Shown here one piece after another: positions 20,757 to 31,461 of a DNA stretch of 64,000 nt. Made by a program: the position numbers and the translations under genes. The stretch's first letter is position 1. Each line of letters begins with the position of its first letter. The notes under the pieces were generated by a model, which did not search any database, was not told the DNA's origin, and saw only the letters and a list, made by a program, of their open reading frames with translations. Source of the stretch: a candidate division TA06 bacterium SM23_40 (GTDB lineage Bacteria > LJUI01 > SM1-40); the NCBI GenBank assembly GCA_001303705.1, contig LJUI01000002.1, positions 47 to 64,046 on the forward strand, read 5' to 3'.

Positions 20757-22205
20757 ATGAAAGATTTCGCAACAGAAATCGTCGATCTTCTCGCCGCCAA
20801 GAACGTTGATTACGGTGACGTGCGGGTCGTCGATACCATCACCCAATCGATCGACGTCAAGAACGGGAATGTCGAGGCGATATCGAGTTCCGCTGATCTG
20901 GGATTTGGAGTCCGCCTGCTCATGAATGGGGCGTGGGGATTTGCCTCGAGCTCCCGCCCTGAGAAGGCAGAAGCTGAGAAGGTCGTCAGTCGGGCCATCG
21001 CTATTGCGAGAGCATCGGCTACGGTCTGCACCAAACCTGTGGAGCTCACAAAGCGCCAGCCGCGAAAAGATTCATACGAGAATGCATGGAAGGAAGACCC
21101 GTTCGACGTAACGCTGCATGAGAAGATCGAGATACTGCTCGCCGCAGATGAGCTCATCCGCAGGGAGCCTGCGGTGAAGGTGTCTGAGGCGAGCATGGCG
21201 TTCTATCGGACGAACAAGGTGTTTGCCAGCACTGAGGGGTACCTGATCGATCAGGAGATCGTCGAGAGTGGCGGGGGGATCTCGGCGACTGCTGTGAAGG
21301 AGGGTGAGGTGCAGGTACGATCCTATCCCAACTCGTTCCGCGGCAACTATTCGACGTCGGGGTACGAGTTCGTGCGTGCCATGGATCTCGTGGAACATGC
21401 ACCTCGCGTCGCTGAGGAGGCCGCACAGCTCCTCGTTGCGCCGCAGTGTCCGTCAGAAGTGACGACGATCATACTCGACTCAGACCAGCTTGCGCTCCAG
21501 GTGCATGAGTCGATCGGCCATCCCATCGAGCTAGACCGTGTGCTGGGCACGGAGGCGAGCTACGCAGGAACGAGCTTCGTTACGATCGACAAACTGGGCA
21601 CATTCCGTTACGGGTCCGACAAGGTGGTTGTGGTGGCAGACGCAACCGTGCCAGGGGGGCTCGGTACGTTCGGGTACGATGATGAAGGAACTGCCGCCCA
21701 GCGCGTGATGATCATCGACCACGGGATGTTCATTGGCTATCTCTCCTCCCGCGAGACCGCACCGGTCATCGGGAGGGAGTCGAGCGGCGCAATGCTGGCC
21801 GACGGATGGAACCGCATCCCTCTCATTAGAATGACGAACATCAACCTCGAGCCTGGTGAGTGGTCGCTCGACGATCTGATCGCCGACACCGACAGAGGGA
21901 TCTTCTTCTCGACCAACAAGAGTTGGTCAATCGATGATCGGCGGCTCAACTTCCAGTTCGGAACTGAGATCGCATGGGAGATCACCAACGGCCGTTTGGG
22001 AAAAATCTACAAGAACCCGAACTATACTGGGATAACACCTGAATTCTGGAACTCATGTGATGCCGTGTGCAACAAGGAGCACTGGCAGCTCTGGGGCCTT
22101 CTCAATTGTGGAAAGGGCGAGCCGGGCCAGGCGATGCACGTCGGGCACGGGACCGCACCTGCCCGGTTCAGGAACGTACGAGTTGGCATCGCGCCGTCAG
22201 CATAG
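20757..22205 (+). CDS. tldD: TldD family metalloprotease
   Basis: N-terminal YGDVRVV...GFGVRLLMNGAWGFASS and the zinc motif HESIGHPIELDR. Confidence 0.9.
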   Translation: MKDFATEIVDLLAAKNVDYGDVRVVDTITQSIDVKNGNVEAISSSADLGFGVRLLMNGAWGFASSSRPEKAEAEKVVSRAIAIARASATVCTKPVELTKRQPRKDSYENAWKEDPFDVTLHEKIEILLAADELIRREPAVKVSEASMAFYRTNKVFASTEGYLIDQEIVESGGGISATAVKEGEVQVRSYPNSFRGNYSTSGYEFVRAMDLVEHAPRVAEEAAQLLVAPQCPSEVTTIILDSDQLALQVHESIGHPIELDRVLGTEASYAGTSFVTIDKLGTFRYGSDKVVVVADATVPGGLGTFGYDDEGTAAQRVMIIDHGMFIGYLSSRETAPVIGRESSGAMLADGWNRIPLIRMTNINLEPGEWSLDDLIADTDRGIFFSTNKSWSIDDRRLNFQFGTEIAWEITNGRLGKIYKNPNYTGITPEFWNSCDAVCNKEHWQLWGLLNCGKGEPGQAMHVGHGTAPARFRNVRVGIAPSA

Positions 22206-23757
22206 GAAGACGCTAGTCCTTCTCTTCTTCATCGGGGCCGCAATACAGGTTCCTGGGTGCGCTTACTATAATACATTCTACAATGCGAAAGCCAGCTACA
22301 CCCAGGGAATGCGGCTCAAGGAGCAGTCGCCTGAAGGGAAGTTGTCGCCGGGAGCGAAGAATCACTTCGACAAGGCGATCGAGAAGTGTGCAAAAGTCAT
22401 CGAGCTCTACCCCGGCAGCCGATGGGTTGATGAGGCGGTGCTCCTCATGGGGAAGTGTTTCTTCGAGGAGGAGGAGTATCTCAAGGCGCTGCGCAAGTTC
22501 GAAGAAGTGACTATCTATTACAGCGGCGGCAAGTGGCTCGATGATGCGTATTACATGATGGGACGCACCTACGTGGCCCTCGAGGACTATCCGAGGGCCA
22601 CTGCGGCTTTCGACCACTCGCTGAGCATCGCACCAGAGGGCGAGTGGGCAGATGATGCGACCTACTGGAAAGCCGCTGCCGATTTTGCGACAGAAGGCTT
22701 TTCCGCCGCAGCCAGCCAGTACAGAGCCTTCCTCCAGCTCTATCCACGTAGTGAGTATTACGATCAGGCGTTATTTGAGCTCGCCGAATCGCTCCATCGG
22801 CTCGGGCAGTTCGAGGAGGCGATATCTCGGTTTTCAGAGCTCGTGGACCGGAGGCCGGGCAAGAAGCTGGCGTTCCCGGCGTCTCTTCGGATCGGCGAGG
22901 CCTGTCTCGCCATGGGGACGGTCGAGAGGGCTCTCACCACGTTCAAGGCGCTCCAGGGGAGCGGGCTCGAACCCGGAGAGGAGGCGAAGCTCGGCCTGCG
23001 CGTCGGCGATTGCCATCGCTCCCTCGGTGACTACAACGCTGCATTGAGTGCTCTTGATGCAGTTGTGCAGGGTCACCCCCGTACTGAGGAGGCGGCTGAG
23101 GCGAGCTACCGGATGGGCCTGATCTATGAGGAGGATCTCTCCGACCTCGAGGAAGCGCGCAAGGCCTACGAACAGGTGAGAAGGCATGCGCCAGCGCTCG
23201 AGGTGGCGTTCGACGCTGCAGAGCGTTCGACATCGATCGCCAAATTGACCGAGTACCGCGAGAACCTCGCCACGGGAGAGGAGGCGGATCTGGCGGCGAC
23301 TCAGTTTCAGCTCGCCGAACTCTACTACTTTGGACTGGGAGATGTCGATCAGGCGATGCTGGAATACGGGAAGGTGCTGGCCGACTACCCCGAGAGCGAG
23401 CTCGCCCCCAAGGCCGCGTTCGCCCTGGCCTGGATCCTCGAGCACGAGAAGGGAGATGAGGAAGGAGCGCGAGCCGCCTACGAGGAGCTCACCGTGCGGT
23501 TTCCCGGGACAACATATGCTGCTCGGGCAGAGGCGGAGTTGCGCGATACTCCGGGGCTGGGTGAGGAGGGCAAGGACGTTCTCCCCCTGGAGGATGCTCC
23601 GATACTCGAGGGAGGCGCCGCATCAGCCGAAAATGCTGCCTCGAACGGGGATCGCGCCGATAGTGCCGGGATGAGTTCCGCCAGCCTGAATGGGGTAGTG
23701 CCGGTTGCGGACGACTCCTCCGGAACGTCGCGTGTGGCCGAGGAGGAGTCACCATGA
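22183..23757 (+). CDS. TPR-repeat outer-membrane lipoprotein (BamD/YbgF-like fold, function unassigned)
   Basis: A TTG at 22183 gives a signal peptide [25 protein letters not shown] with a lipobox. Multiple TPR-like repeats. Low-complexity acidic C-terminus. The track start at 22057 lies inside tldD. Confidence 0.7.
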   Translation: MASRRQHRKTLVLLFFIGAAIQVPGCAYYNTFYNAKASYTQGMRLKEQSPEGKLSPGAKNHFDKAIEKCAKVIELYPGSRWVDEAVLLMGKCFFEEEEYLKALRKFEEVTIYYSGGKWLDDAYYMMGRTYVALEDYPRATAAFDHSLSIAPEGEWADDATYWKAAADFATEGFSAAASQYRAFLQLYPRSEYYDQALFELAESLHRLGQFEEAISRFSELVDRRPGKKLAFPASLRIGEACLAMGTVERALTTFKALQGSGLEPGEEAKLGLRVGDCHRSLGDYNAALSALDAVVQGHPRTEEAAEASYRMGLIYEEDLSDLEEARKAYEQVRRHAPALEVAFDAAERSTSIAKLTEYRENLATGEEADLAATQFQLAELYYFGLGDVDQAMLEYGKVLADYPESELAPKAAFALAWILEHEKGDEEGARAAYEELTVRFPGTTYAARAEAELRDTPGLGEEGKDVLPLEDAPILEGGAASAENAASNGDRADSAGMSSASLNGVVPVADDSSGTSRVAEEESP

Positions 23758-24155
23758 ACAGAGAGCGGAGAACGGCGCGCCGCGGGGCATCGCGGGCCCT
23801 CGTGATCCTCTGCATCATAGGTCTTGTGGCAGCGGGGTGTGCTACAACAGAACGGTACCGGTCGGGGGGACGAGTCTTCAAAGGATATGCCACCTACTAT
23901 GGCCGGCAGTACCATGGTCGCGCCACGGCGAGCGGAGAGATATTCGACATGTATGCGATGACTGCCGCACACAGAACGCTGCCATTCGGGACAAGAGTCC
24001 GGGTCACCAACTGTGCCAACGGCCGGTCGGTCGTGGTACGGATCAATGATCGCGGGCCGTTTGTCCAGGGAGTCATCATCGATCTCTCGTTCGGTGCCGC
24101 GCAGCGCATCGGGCTATTGGGGAAGGGAATAGTACGGCTGGAGGTACTTCCATGA
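23754..24155 (+). CDS. rlpA: RlpA-like septal ring lytic transglycosylase (DPBB domain) lipoprotein
   Basis: Lipobox [24 protein letters not shown]...[31 protein letters not shown]. Confidence 0.9.
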   Translation: MNRERRTARRGASRALVILCIIGLVAAGCATTERYRSGGRVFKGYATYYGRQYHGRATASGEIFDMYAMTAAHRTLPFGTRVRVTNCANGRSVVVRINDRGPFVQGVIIDLSFGAAQRIGLLGKGIVRLEVLP

Positions 24156-24889
24156 GGCACGGACCGGCGGATCGTCTCATCGTCGCTCTCGATGTCGACA
24201 CGCTGGCGGAGGCAGAGCGCCTGCTCGACATTCTGAGCCCTGATGTCGAGATCTTCAAGATCGGGAGTCGGCTCTTCACCGCCAGCGGGCCGGCCGCAGC
24301 AGAGGCCGTGAAAGCGCGCGGCAAACGTCTATTCCTCGATCTCAAGTTTCATGATATACCTAATACGGTCGCCGGCGGAGTTGCGGCATCTGTCGAACTG
24401 GGGGTCGACATGCTCACTCTCCACACCACCGGTGGTGAGGCCATGCTGAGGAGCGCTCAAATCGCGGTCGAGGAGAGGGCTCGCCAGCTCGGCAGGCAAC
24501 CTCCCCTGCTGCTGGGGGTGACGGTATTGACGAGTCTCGATGGGCCAGCTCTCGAGAGGGTGTGGGGGCTCAAGGGGCGGAGTCTCGAGGAGGAAGTCAT
24601 ATCGCTTGCGCTCATGGCGAAGAAGGCGGGTGTCGACGGTGTCGTCGCATCGCCCCGTGAGATCCGATCGGTGAAGGATCATTGCGGTGATGGGTTTGCA
24701 GTGGTCACCCCGGGGATCCGTCCGACCGGGGGAGGAAGTGACGATCAGGTGAGGACCATGACTCCCGGGGAAGCTGTGGCCGAGGGTGCTGATTTCATAG
24801 TAGTGGGCCGCCCGATCGTGCGGGCATCCGACCCGCTGGAGGCGGCCAGAGCGATACTCGGAGAGATGGGGGAGGCGATCGGTGGATAG
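24152..24889 (+). CDS. pyrF: orotidine 5'-phosphate decarboxylase
   Basis: LIVALDV and [12 protein letters not shown] active-site motifs. ATGA overlap with rlpA. Confidence 0.93.
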   Translation: MRHGPADRLIVALDVDTLAEAERLLDILSPDVEIFKIGSRLFTASGPAAAEAVKARGKRLFLDLKFHDIPNTVAGGVAASVELGVDMLTLHTTGGEAMLRSAQIAVEERARQLGRQPPLLLGVTVLTSLDGPALERVWGLKGRSLEEEVISLALMAKKAGVDGVVASPREIRSVKDHCGDGFAVVTPGIRPTGGGSDDQVRTMTPGEAVAEGADFIVVGRPIVRASDPLEAARAILGEMGEAIGG

Positions 24890-25463
24890 AAAGGAAGTTG
24901 AGGAGATCTTCCGAGAACTGGGAGTATTGCTGGAAGGCCATTTCCTTCTCGCATCCGGCCGACACAGTCGTTTCTACTTCGAGAAGTTCCGCCTTCTCGA
25001 GTGGCCGGCTGCCGCCGACAGATTGTGCCGTGCGCTGGCGGAGCAGTCGAGGAATCTGGGGGCGCGTGTCGTTGCCGGCCCGACCACAGGTGGACTGCTC
25101 GTCGCCTACGCCGTCGCCCGCCATCTGGGCATCAAGGCCATCTATGCCGAGCGGATCGAGGTTGGGCGGGGATTTCCCCGCGGCTCTGTGCTCGATCCGG
25201 GGGAGCGGGTGTTGATCGTCGATGATGTGCTGACGACCGGCGGATCGGTACGGGAGACATGGGAAGCGGTGGAACGTCTCGGCGGCGAAGTATGTGGTGT
25301 CGGCGTTCTCGTCGATCGAAGCCAGGATGCAGAGTGGCTGGGAGGGACGCCCTTCACTGCCGTCTATCGGGCAGAGGTAGAGACGTTCGCGCCTGATGAC
25401 TGCCCGCTCTGTGGGCAGGGGATGAAACTTGTGGCTCCGGGGGGGTCGAAGCGAAAGGGGTAG
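24882..25463 (+). CDS. pyrE: orotate phosphoribosyltransferase
   Basis: GHFLLASGRHS and PRPP-binding motif VLIVDDVLTTGGS. The GTG start overlaps the pyrF end by 8 nt. Confidence 0.92.
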   Translation: MDRKEVEEIFRELGVLLEGHFLLASGRHSRFYFEKFRLLEWPAAADRLCRALAEQSRNLGARVVAGPTTGGLLVAYAVARHLGIKAIYAERIEVGRGFPRGSVLDPGERVLIVDDVLTTGGSVRETWEAVERLGGEVCGVGVLVDRSQDAEWLGGTPFTAVYRAEVETFAPDDCPLCGQGMKLVAPGGSKRKG

Positions 25464-25526
25464 TGGAGCGGGGTCGAGAAGGGGACCGCCGCGTGAGAAG
25501 AGGTGGAGTCAAGAGGAGTGTGAGGA

Positions 25527-27614
25527 ATGAAACGGTTTATGGTCTGTATCGCGATCTGTTGTTCGGTCGTTCTGATCGGGACTCACCTCTGGGTGTCGCC
25601 GGTTGGTGTCGCCGCGGCGGGCGATCGGGAAGACGGCCGGGTACCTGACAGGACGGAGGGATCTTCCGGCGATGACCATGCTGCGATCTGGGTCTTCTTC
25701 TGTGACAAGGGATTCTCTTCGCCCGCGGATGAGGAGGAAGCGCTCGTCGAGGTCGAGCGTTCGCTCCTCGAGCGGGCGCGCGCCCGGCGCGCAAAGGTGA
25801 AACGTGGTCGGCTCGTCGATAGCCGAGACCTCCCTGTCTGTGAGGCCTATGTCGAAGAGGTCCTTGCGATCGGCGCCCGGCTGAGGGCGATGAGTCGCTG
25901 TCTCAACGCCATCAGCATCGAGGTCGCCCCCGAACTCATCGAGGCGATCGAGAATCTGGAGTATGTCAGGTCGACGCGGCCGGTCTCGGGTTTCCGGGGG
26001 CCGCGGGCATTTCCTGGTGCGCCGCCGCCGCCTTCGATGGCGCCCGCCTATCCCGAGACCCTCGACTACGGCCCGTCGTTCGGACAGCTCGAGCAGATAA
26101 ACGTTCCGGCCGTGCACGAGCTCGGGTACAGCGGAGAAGGTGTGCTCATCTGCATGCTCGACACAGGGTTTCAGAGAGAGCACGAGGCGATCGTCCCGAT
26201 CAATGTGATCGCGGAATGGGATTTCGTCAACGGTGACAGCAACACCGCATACGATCCGCTCCAGGATGCTGAGAACCAGCCCTCGCACGGCACCGGTACC
26301 CTGTCCGTGATCGGCGGGTTCATGGAGGGGCAGCTGATCGGGCCGGCGTACGGGGCCGACTTCATGTTGGCGAAGACCGAAGATACGACGATGGAGGAAC
26401 CGATTGAGGAGGACTGGTGGGTTGAGGGGATCGAGTGGGCTGATAGCCTGGGAGCGGATGTGGCATCGAGCTCCCTCGGGTATATCGACTGGTACACGTC
26501 TCCGGATCTCAACGGAGACAGCGCTGTGACGACGCAGGCTGCCGATTGGGCGGCTTCCGTGGGGATCGTCGTCTCAAACTCCGCGGGGAATGAAGGGCCA
26601 GGATACCTCTCGCTCATCGCCCCGGCGGACGCGGACAGCATCCTGGCCGTCGGTGCAGTCGATTCCGAGGGGGATATCGCCGGTTTCAGCTCACGCGGCC
26701 CGACCTGGGACCTGCGCATCAAACCGGAGGTCTGTGCTCAGGGAGTCGGCACGTACTGGGCGGACTACCCGACTCTCAATCAGTACAACTACGTAAATGG
26801 CACCTCCCTCTCCTGTCCTCTTGTCGGCGGGTCAGCGGCCCTGGTGCTCGAGGCTCATCCTGACTGGGGGCCCATGGAGGTGCGGGAGGCGTTGATGATG
26901 ACGGCTGACAACGCCTCCAGCCCGGATAATGCATATGGCTGGGGGATCATCGATGTCCTCGCGGCCATCAACTTCCTTCCGCCGGCCGCCCCTGAGGGCC
27001 TGACGATCGATCCGCTTCCCATGGGCAACAGCCTCGCCTGGCATCCGGTGACCTTGAATCGGGACAGTACGGCGATCGAGGATCTGGACGGGTATAACGT
27101 GTACCGATCGGTTGAGAGCGGGCAGTACGGATTCGATCCGATCAACATCTCGGTCTGGGAGGACACCACCTATATCGACTTCACTGCATCCCCGGATACT
27201 GCTTACTACTACGTCGTCAAGGCGGTCGACACCCTGGGATATGAAAGTCACCCGTCGAACGAGGTCTCGAGTCCGGGCACCTCAGTGAGCGGCGGCGATG
27301 GATCCGCGGATCCCGGGCTCCGCCGACTCTGGCTCTCTTCGGCCTTCCCCAATCCCTTCTCCCGCGGCACGTCCGTCACGTATGTCGTGCCGGCCTCAGG
27401 GGCTGGTGAGAGGAGCCAGGTCGAGGTGTCGGTGTACAACCTCCAGGGACAGCGCGTGAAGACGCTCCTCGACGGGAACCTGCTGCCCGGCCGACATTCG
27501 ATCGAATGGGATGCCACTGATGGAGGCGGGCACCGTGTGGGATCCGGTGTGTACTTCTTCTCGCTGGAGGCAGGGGGCTCGCGTCTGACACGCAAGGCGG
27601 TGGTGCTGCGCTGA
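25527..27614 (+). CDS. S8 (subtilisin) family serine peptidase with C-terminal T9SS/FlgD-Ig-like sorting domain
   Basis: Signal peptide. Catalytic motifs CMLDTGF (Asp), HGTGTLS (His) and NGTSLSCP (Ser). The last ~90 aa read FPNPFSRGTSVTY...VSVYNLQGQRVKTLL...WDATDGGGHRVGSGVYFFSL. Confidence 0.9.
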   Translation: MKRFMVCIAICCSVVLIGTHLWVSPVGVAAAGDREDGRVPDRTEGSSGDDHAAIWVFFCDKGFSSPADEEEALVEVERSLLERARARRAKVKRGRLVDSRDLPVCEAYVEEVLAIGARLRAMSRCLNAISIEVAPELIEAIENLEYVRSTRPVSGFRGPRAFPGAPPPPSMAPAYPETLDYGPSFGQLEQINVPAVHELGYSGEGVLICMLDTGFQREHEAIVPINVIAEWDFVNGDSNTAYDPLQDAENQPSHGTGTLSVIGGFMEGQLIGPAYGADFMLAKTEDTTMEEPIEEDWWVEGIEWADSLGADVASSSLGYIDWYTSPDLNGDSAVTTQAADWAASVGIVVSNSAGNEGPGYLSLIAPADADSILAVGAVDSEGDIAGFSSRGPTWDLRIKPEVCAQGVGTYWADYPTLNQYNYVNGTSLSCPLVGGSAALVLEAHPDWGPMEVREALMMTADNASSPDNAYGWGIIDVLAAINFLPPAAPEGLTIDPLPMGNSLAWHPVTLNRDSTAIEDLDGYNVYRSVESGQYGFDPINISVWEDTTYIDFTASPDTAYYYVVKAVDTLGYESHPSNEVSSPGTSVSGGDGSADPGLRRLWLSSAFPNPFSRGTSVTYVVPASGAGERSQVEVSVYNLQGQRVKTLLDGNLLPGRHSIEWDATDGGGHRVGSGVYFFSLEAGGSRLTRKAVVLR

Positions 27615-27697
27615 TCCGGCGGATAGACGGCGCGCGTGCGCTGCGTGCGAAATGGCAGGCCGCTGTACACGCATCTGTGATCGGCGAGGATCCCGAT

Positions 27698-28684
27698 ATG
27701 GTTGAGAAAAGAGCGCCGTGGGTGTGCACAGCTTCTCTGGCCCTGCTGTTGATCGTTCTGGTAGGGGGGTGCCCGCGCGACGAGGCGACATCGCCTGAAG
27801 AGACCAGGACCGTCCCGCATCAGGGACGGTACGGGATCTATGCGCTCGATCCCGTAACAGAGGAGGTCGAGCTCGTCGTCAGTTCTTCCGGGAACTACGC
27901 ATTTCTGCGGCTGAGCAATGCCGGTGACAGGTTCCTCTTCTCACGGAAGATCGATGGCGATGCCGACGAGGACGAAGAGATCTGCACGATCGGAACGGAC
28001 GGAAACGGGCTTTGGAGGCTGACCGACAATGACTGGTGGGATCTGTACCCGTGTTGGTCTCCCGATGATAGTCGGATCGCCTTCCTTTCGTTTCGCGATT
28101 CAGATCTCGACGTCTATGTGATGGATGCGGATGGCGGGAATGTGGCTCTGCTGTACGACTCAGGGTCCCACGACGCGGATATCGACTGGGGAGGGGACAG
28201 AATCGCTTTCACGACGGGCAGCCGGATATGGACTGTCAACGACGACGGGACAGATCCGACCCAGATCACCGATCCGCCCAGAGCAGGGGAGTGGGGAAAC
28301 GCAAACCTGCCGTTCGGGGACTACGACCCCAGGTTCAGCCCCGATGCGTCGAGGATCGCATTCGAGCGGCTCGTAGACGATACCAGCCCTCACGGCAACT
28401 ACGATATCTATGTGATCGACTCCAGCGGGACTGATGAGACCCGCCTGACGGAGACGGGCTTTAGCCAGGGGTTGGCGAGCTGGTCACACCAGGGAGACCG
28501 GATGGTCTATTCCGTGGCCGCAATCGGCACCGAGGGGAGATACGATATCTACATGATGGATTCAGACGGGGCTCACAACCGCAACATAACACCCGACTAC
28601 TTTCCGGATGGCTTCTTGTGCCACTCACCGCAGTTCTCCCTCGATGACTCCAGGATCTTCTTCGTGGGAGAGTGGTGGGAGTGA
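27698..28684 (+). CDS. PD40/TolB-like beta-propeller repeat lipoprotein
   Basis: Lipobox VGGC. Repeated PD40-type motifs (YPCWSPDDSRIAFLS, DPRFSPDASRIAFE, HSPQFSLDDSRIFF). Confidence 0.8.
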   Translation: MVEKRAPWVCTASLALLLIVLVGGCPRDEATSPEETRTVPHQGRYGIYALDPVTEEVELVVSSSGNYAFLRLSNAGDRFLFSRKIDGDADEDEEICTIGTDGNGLWRLTDNDWWDLYPCWSPDDSRIAFLSFRDSDLDVYVMDADGGNVALLYDSGSHDADIDWGGDRIAFTTGSRIWTVNDDGTDPTQITDPPRAGEWGNANLPFGDYDPRFSPDASRIAFERLVDDTSPHGNYDIYVIDSSGTDETRLTETGFSQGLASWSHQGDRMVYSVAAIGTEGRYDIYMMDSDGAHNRNITPDYFPDGFLCHSPQFSLDDSRIFFVGEWWE

Positions 28685-28738
28685 TTGTTCCGTGTAATCG
28701 GTCACATGAGGACGGGCCCCAGACGAGGGAGGAGAGAG

Positions 28739-29242
28739 ATGTTTCGCAAACTGGATGATTTTCTGAAAGCGTACGAGGAACACCGAGAGGGTTCCAGGAA
28801 GATCCTCGGCGCGCTTACCGATGAGAATATCAATCAGCCGGTGGCGAGCGGCCATCGCACCCTGGGCCATGTCGCCTGGCACATGGTGGCGACCATCCCC
28901 GAGATGATGAACCATACGGGTCTGGGCATCTCCTCGGTCGATCCTCATTCGCCGCCGCCCACGTCAGCCCCGGAGATCGCCCAGGCATACGAGAAGGTGA
29001 CGGCTGAGCTGGTGGAGGCGATCAAGGCCAACTGGACTGATGAGACGTTGCTCGAGATAGACGAGATGTATGGTGAGAAGTGGCCGCGGGGAACGACCCT
29101 GGGAGCGCTGCTCAGCCATGAAGTGCATCACCGGGGCCAGATAACAGTACTCCTGCGTCAGGCGGGCCAGAAGGTGCCGGGGTGCTTCGGACCCGCCAAA
29201 GAGGAGTGGGAGCAGTACGGTATGGAGGCCCCGCCCTATTAG
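28739..29242 (+). CDS. DinB-family (four-helix bundle, metal-binding) protein
   Basis: GHVAWHMV and LLSHEVHHRGQITVLLRQ histidine motifs. GGGAGGAGAGAG RBS before the ATG at 28739. Confidence 0.8.
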   Translation: MFRKLDDFLKAYEEHREGSRKILGALTDENINQPVASGHRTLGHVAWHMVATIPEMMNHTGLGISSVDPHSPPPTSAPEIAQAYEKVTAELVEAIKANWTDETLLEIDEMYGEKWPRGTTLGALLSHEVHHRGQITVLLRQAGQKVPGCFGPAKEEWEQYGMEAPPY

Positions 29243-29409
29243 AGGCAGGGGGATCCCCTCGTCATCTGTTCTCGCCGTCCCGAGAGGTGGCCACGCAGCG
29301 CCCGCTCCGGGCTGCTCCCGGCGGCCGGGGCCTCTGAGCGACGTGCTGCGCGTGTACACATCGGCCCGCCAGATTTCCGCCAGATCGGCCCTGCCCCGGT
29401 CGAAATGTG

Positions 29410-29438
29410 TTGACAGCAGCGGTGCGGTGTTCTATGCT
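29410..29438 (+). promoter_or_regulatory. sigma-70-type promoter candidate for the ABC transporter operon
   Basis: TTGACA (29410-29415), 17 nt, TATGCT (29433-29438). About 165 nt upstream of the permease ATG. Confidence 0.55.
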
Positions 29439-29608
29439 CACCCATCGCATCATCGTCGCCGAGACACGACCCCGGCAGTGCCGATACCAGCGCCCGAAAT
29501 ATCCGGGCGTCGAGTGTCGATGTGTATCGGCGCTCCACCCCGACAGACATTGCAAGAACGGCTTCGGCACACCCTCCGACGCGTTCCGTCATCCATGCCA
29601 TCCAGACC

Positions 29609-30604
29609 ATGGAGATCGCGATGGCGGCGACCTCTACTCAGGCGGCAGGGCTCGGGTGGTGGCGATCAGGTCTGGGCAAGTTCGGTCCGTACCTCTACCT
29701 CCTGCCCGCTGCGCTCATCATCATCGTCTTCCGGTTCGTACCGATTCTCTACTCGGTGAGGATCAGTCTATACCGATGGGGGATCGCGGGCGCCGGTGCG
29801 TTCCTGGGCATCGGCAACTATGCCGAGATGATCCGGGATGGCATCTTCTGGCGGTCGATGCTCAACGCCTCCTACTACGTCATCGGGGTCGTCCCGCTCG
29901 GAATCGTCGTCTCGCTGTTGGCCTCTCTCCTCCTCAACACGAAAATCCGTGCCCTCGGCTTATACCGGACGGTCTACTTCCTCCCTGTGGTGACCTCGAT
30001 CATCGCCATCTCGATGGTCTGGAAGTGGATCTACAATCCGCAGCGGGGCCTGGCCAATTACCTGCTAATGAGATTCCGCTTGCCGACACTCGCCTGGCTC
30101 GAGGAGCCGAGAGGCGTCGTCGAACTCGCGTTCTCCCCGTTGGGCATCGAGGTTCCCGGGTGGTGTGCCGGGCCCAGTCTCGCCCTCGTCGCGCTCGTCA
30201 TCCTCAGCATCTGGAAGGGGCTCGGGTACAATATCGTCATCTTCCTCGCCGGGCTCCAGAACATCCCTCAGCAGTACTATGAGGCCGGGCGGATCGACGG
30301 CGCAGGGCGGCTGGGACTATTCCGCCACGTAACCTGGCCGCTCCTCTCCCCGACGACGTTCTATGTGCTCGTCATGACCACGATAGTCTCGTTCCAGGTC
30401 TTCGCTCCCGTCTGGCTCATAACGGGGCCGCCTGCCGGCGGTCCGCTCGGGACGACGAAGGTCATCGTCTACTACTTATATCAGAGGGCGTTCAACGAGG
30501 GGCGGTATGGGTACGGGAGTGCGATCGCATTCGCGCTCTTCCTGGTCATTCTCTGTCTCACGCTCGCGCAGCGGCTCGTGCTGGAGCGGAGGGTGCACTA
30601 CTGA
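29609..30604 (+). CDS. carbohydrate-type ABC transporter permease (MalF/UgpA-like)
   Basis: Six-TM profile. EAA loop YEAGRIDGAGRLGLFRHVTWPLLSP. The ATG at 29609 is preferred over the track start. Confidence 0.88.
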   Translation: MEIAMAATSTQAAGLGWWRSGLGKFGPYLYLLPAALIIIVFRFVPILYSVRISLYRWGIAGAGAFLGIGNYAEMIRDGIFWRSMLNASYYVIGVVPLGIVVSLLASLLLNTKIRALGLYRTVYFLPVVTSIIAISMVWKWIYNPQRGLANYLLMRFRLPTLAWLEEPRGVVELAFSPLGIEVPGWCAGPSLALVALVILSIWKGLGYNIVIFLAGLQNIPQQYYEAGRIDGAGRLGLFRHVTWPLLSPTTFYVLVMTTIVSFQVFAPVWLITGPPAGGPLGTTKVIVYYLYQRAFNEGRYGYGSAIAFALFLVILCLTLAQRLVLERRVHY

Positions 30605-31461
30605 TGCGGACTGACCACGCGGTGCCGTTCGTCGGGATCATGAGCAGGACGGGACGAAGGGGAATAGTGCATCTATTTCTCCTTGCCGGCGCCGTGCTCA
30701 TGCTCCTGCCCTTCATCTGGATGCTCTCGACTTCGCTCAAGAATCCTGTCGAGGCACTCCAGTTCCCGCCTACGTGGCTGCCACAGGCCCCGCGGTTTGC
30801 CAACTATGTCGAGGCGTGGCGGGCGGTTCCGTTTCCGCGTTACTTTTTCAATACTGTCCTTGTGACAGTCGCTGTTCTCACGGGCACACTCATCAGCTCG
30901 TGCTTGGCCGCGTACGCCTTCGCGCGGATGGAGTTCCGCGGACGCGAGGTACTCTTCTTCGGATTTCTCGCGGTGATGATGGTTCCCATGCCGGTGTACC
31001 TCGTGCCGAGCTATCTCATCATGTCGAAGCTCGGGTGGATCGACACATATCTCGCCCTCATCGTTCCCTGGACCGCGAGCGTCTTCACGATCTTTCTTCT
31101 GCGGCAGCACTTCCGGGCTATCCCCCGTGAACTATACGAGGCGGCCGTTATCGACGGCTGCTCGCGGCTTGGATTCCTCTGGCGGGTGGTTCTTCCTCTT
31201 TCCCGGGCGGTGCTGGTGACCGTGGCACTGTTCAGCATCATCGGCTCGTGGAACAGCTTCATGTGGCCCCTCGTCATGGTCAATTCCAAGTTGCTCCGGC
31301 CGATCCAGGTGGGGCTGGCCTATTTTGCCCAGGGAGAGGCAACAGAGTACACGCTGCTCATGGCAGCGTCCACCTTCTGCATTGCTCCTCTGGTCCTTCT
31401 CTTTTTCGTGGCGCAGCGTCAGATCATCGAGAGCTATGCGAAGACCGGGCTGAAGGAGTAG
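30604..31461 (+). CDS. carbohydrate-type ABC transporter permease (MalG/UgpE-like)
   Basis: EAA loop YEAAVIDGCSRLGFLWRVVLPLSRA. 1-nt overlap with the upstream permease gene. Confidence 0.88.
   Translation: MRTDHAVPFVGIMSRTGRRGIVHLFLLAGAVLMLLPFIWMLSTSLKNPVEALQFPPTWLPQAPRFANYVEAWRAVPFPRYFFNTVLVTVAVLTGTLISSCLAAYAFARMEFRGREVLFFGFLAVMMVPMPVYLVPSYLIMSKLGWIDTYLALIVPWTASVFTIFLLRQHFRAIPRELYEAAVIDGCSRLGFLWRVVLPLSRAVLVTVALFSIIGSWNSFMWPLVMVNSKLLRPIQVGLAYFAQGEATEYTLLMAASTFCIAPLVLLFFVAQRQIIESYAKTGLKE

Noticed and set aside
29407-30282. 291-aa Arg-rich + strand ORF overlapping the first ABC permease. Similar alternative-frame ORFs lie at 18121..18942 and 37640..38401.
   Set aside because: These are alternative-frame artefacts. 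Their composition is extreme in R, G, P and S, and the overlapping frames encode recognisable proteins.
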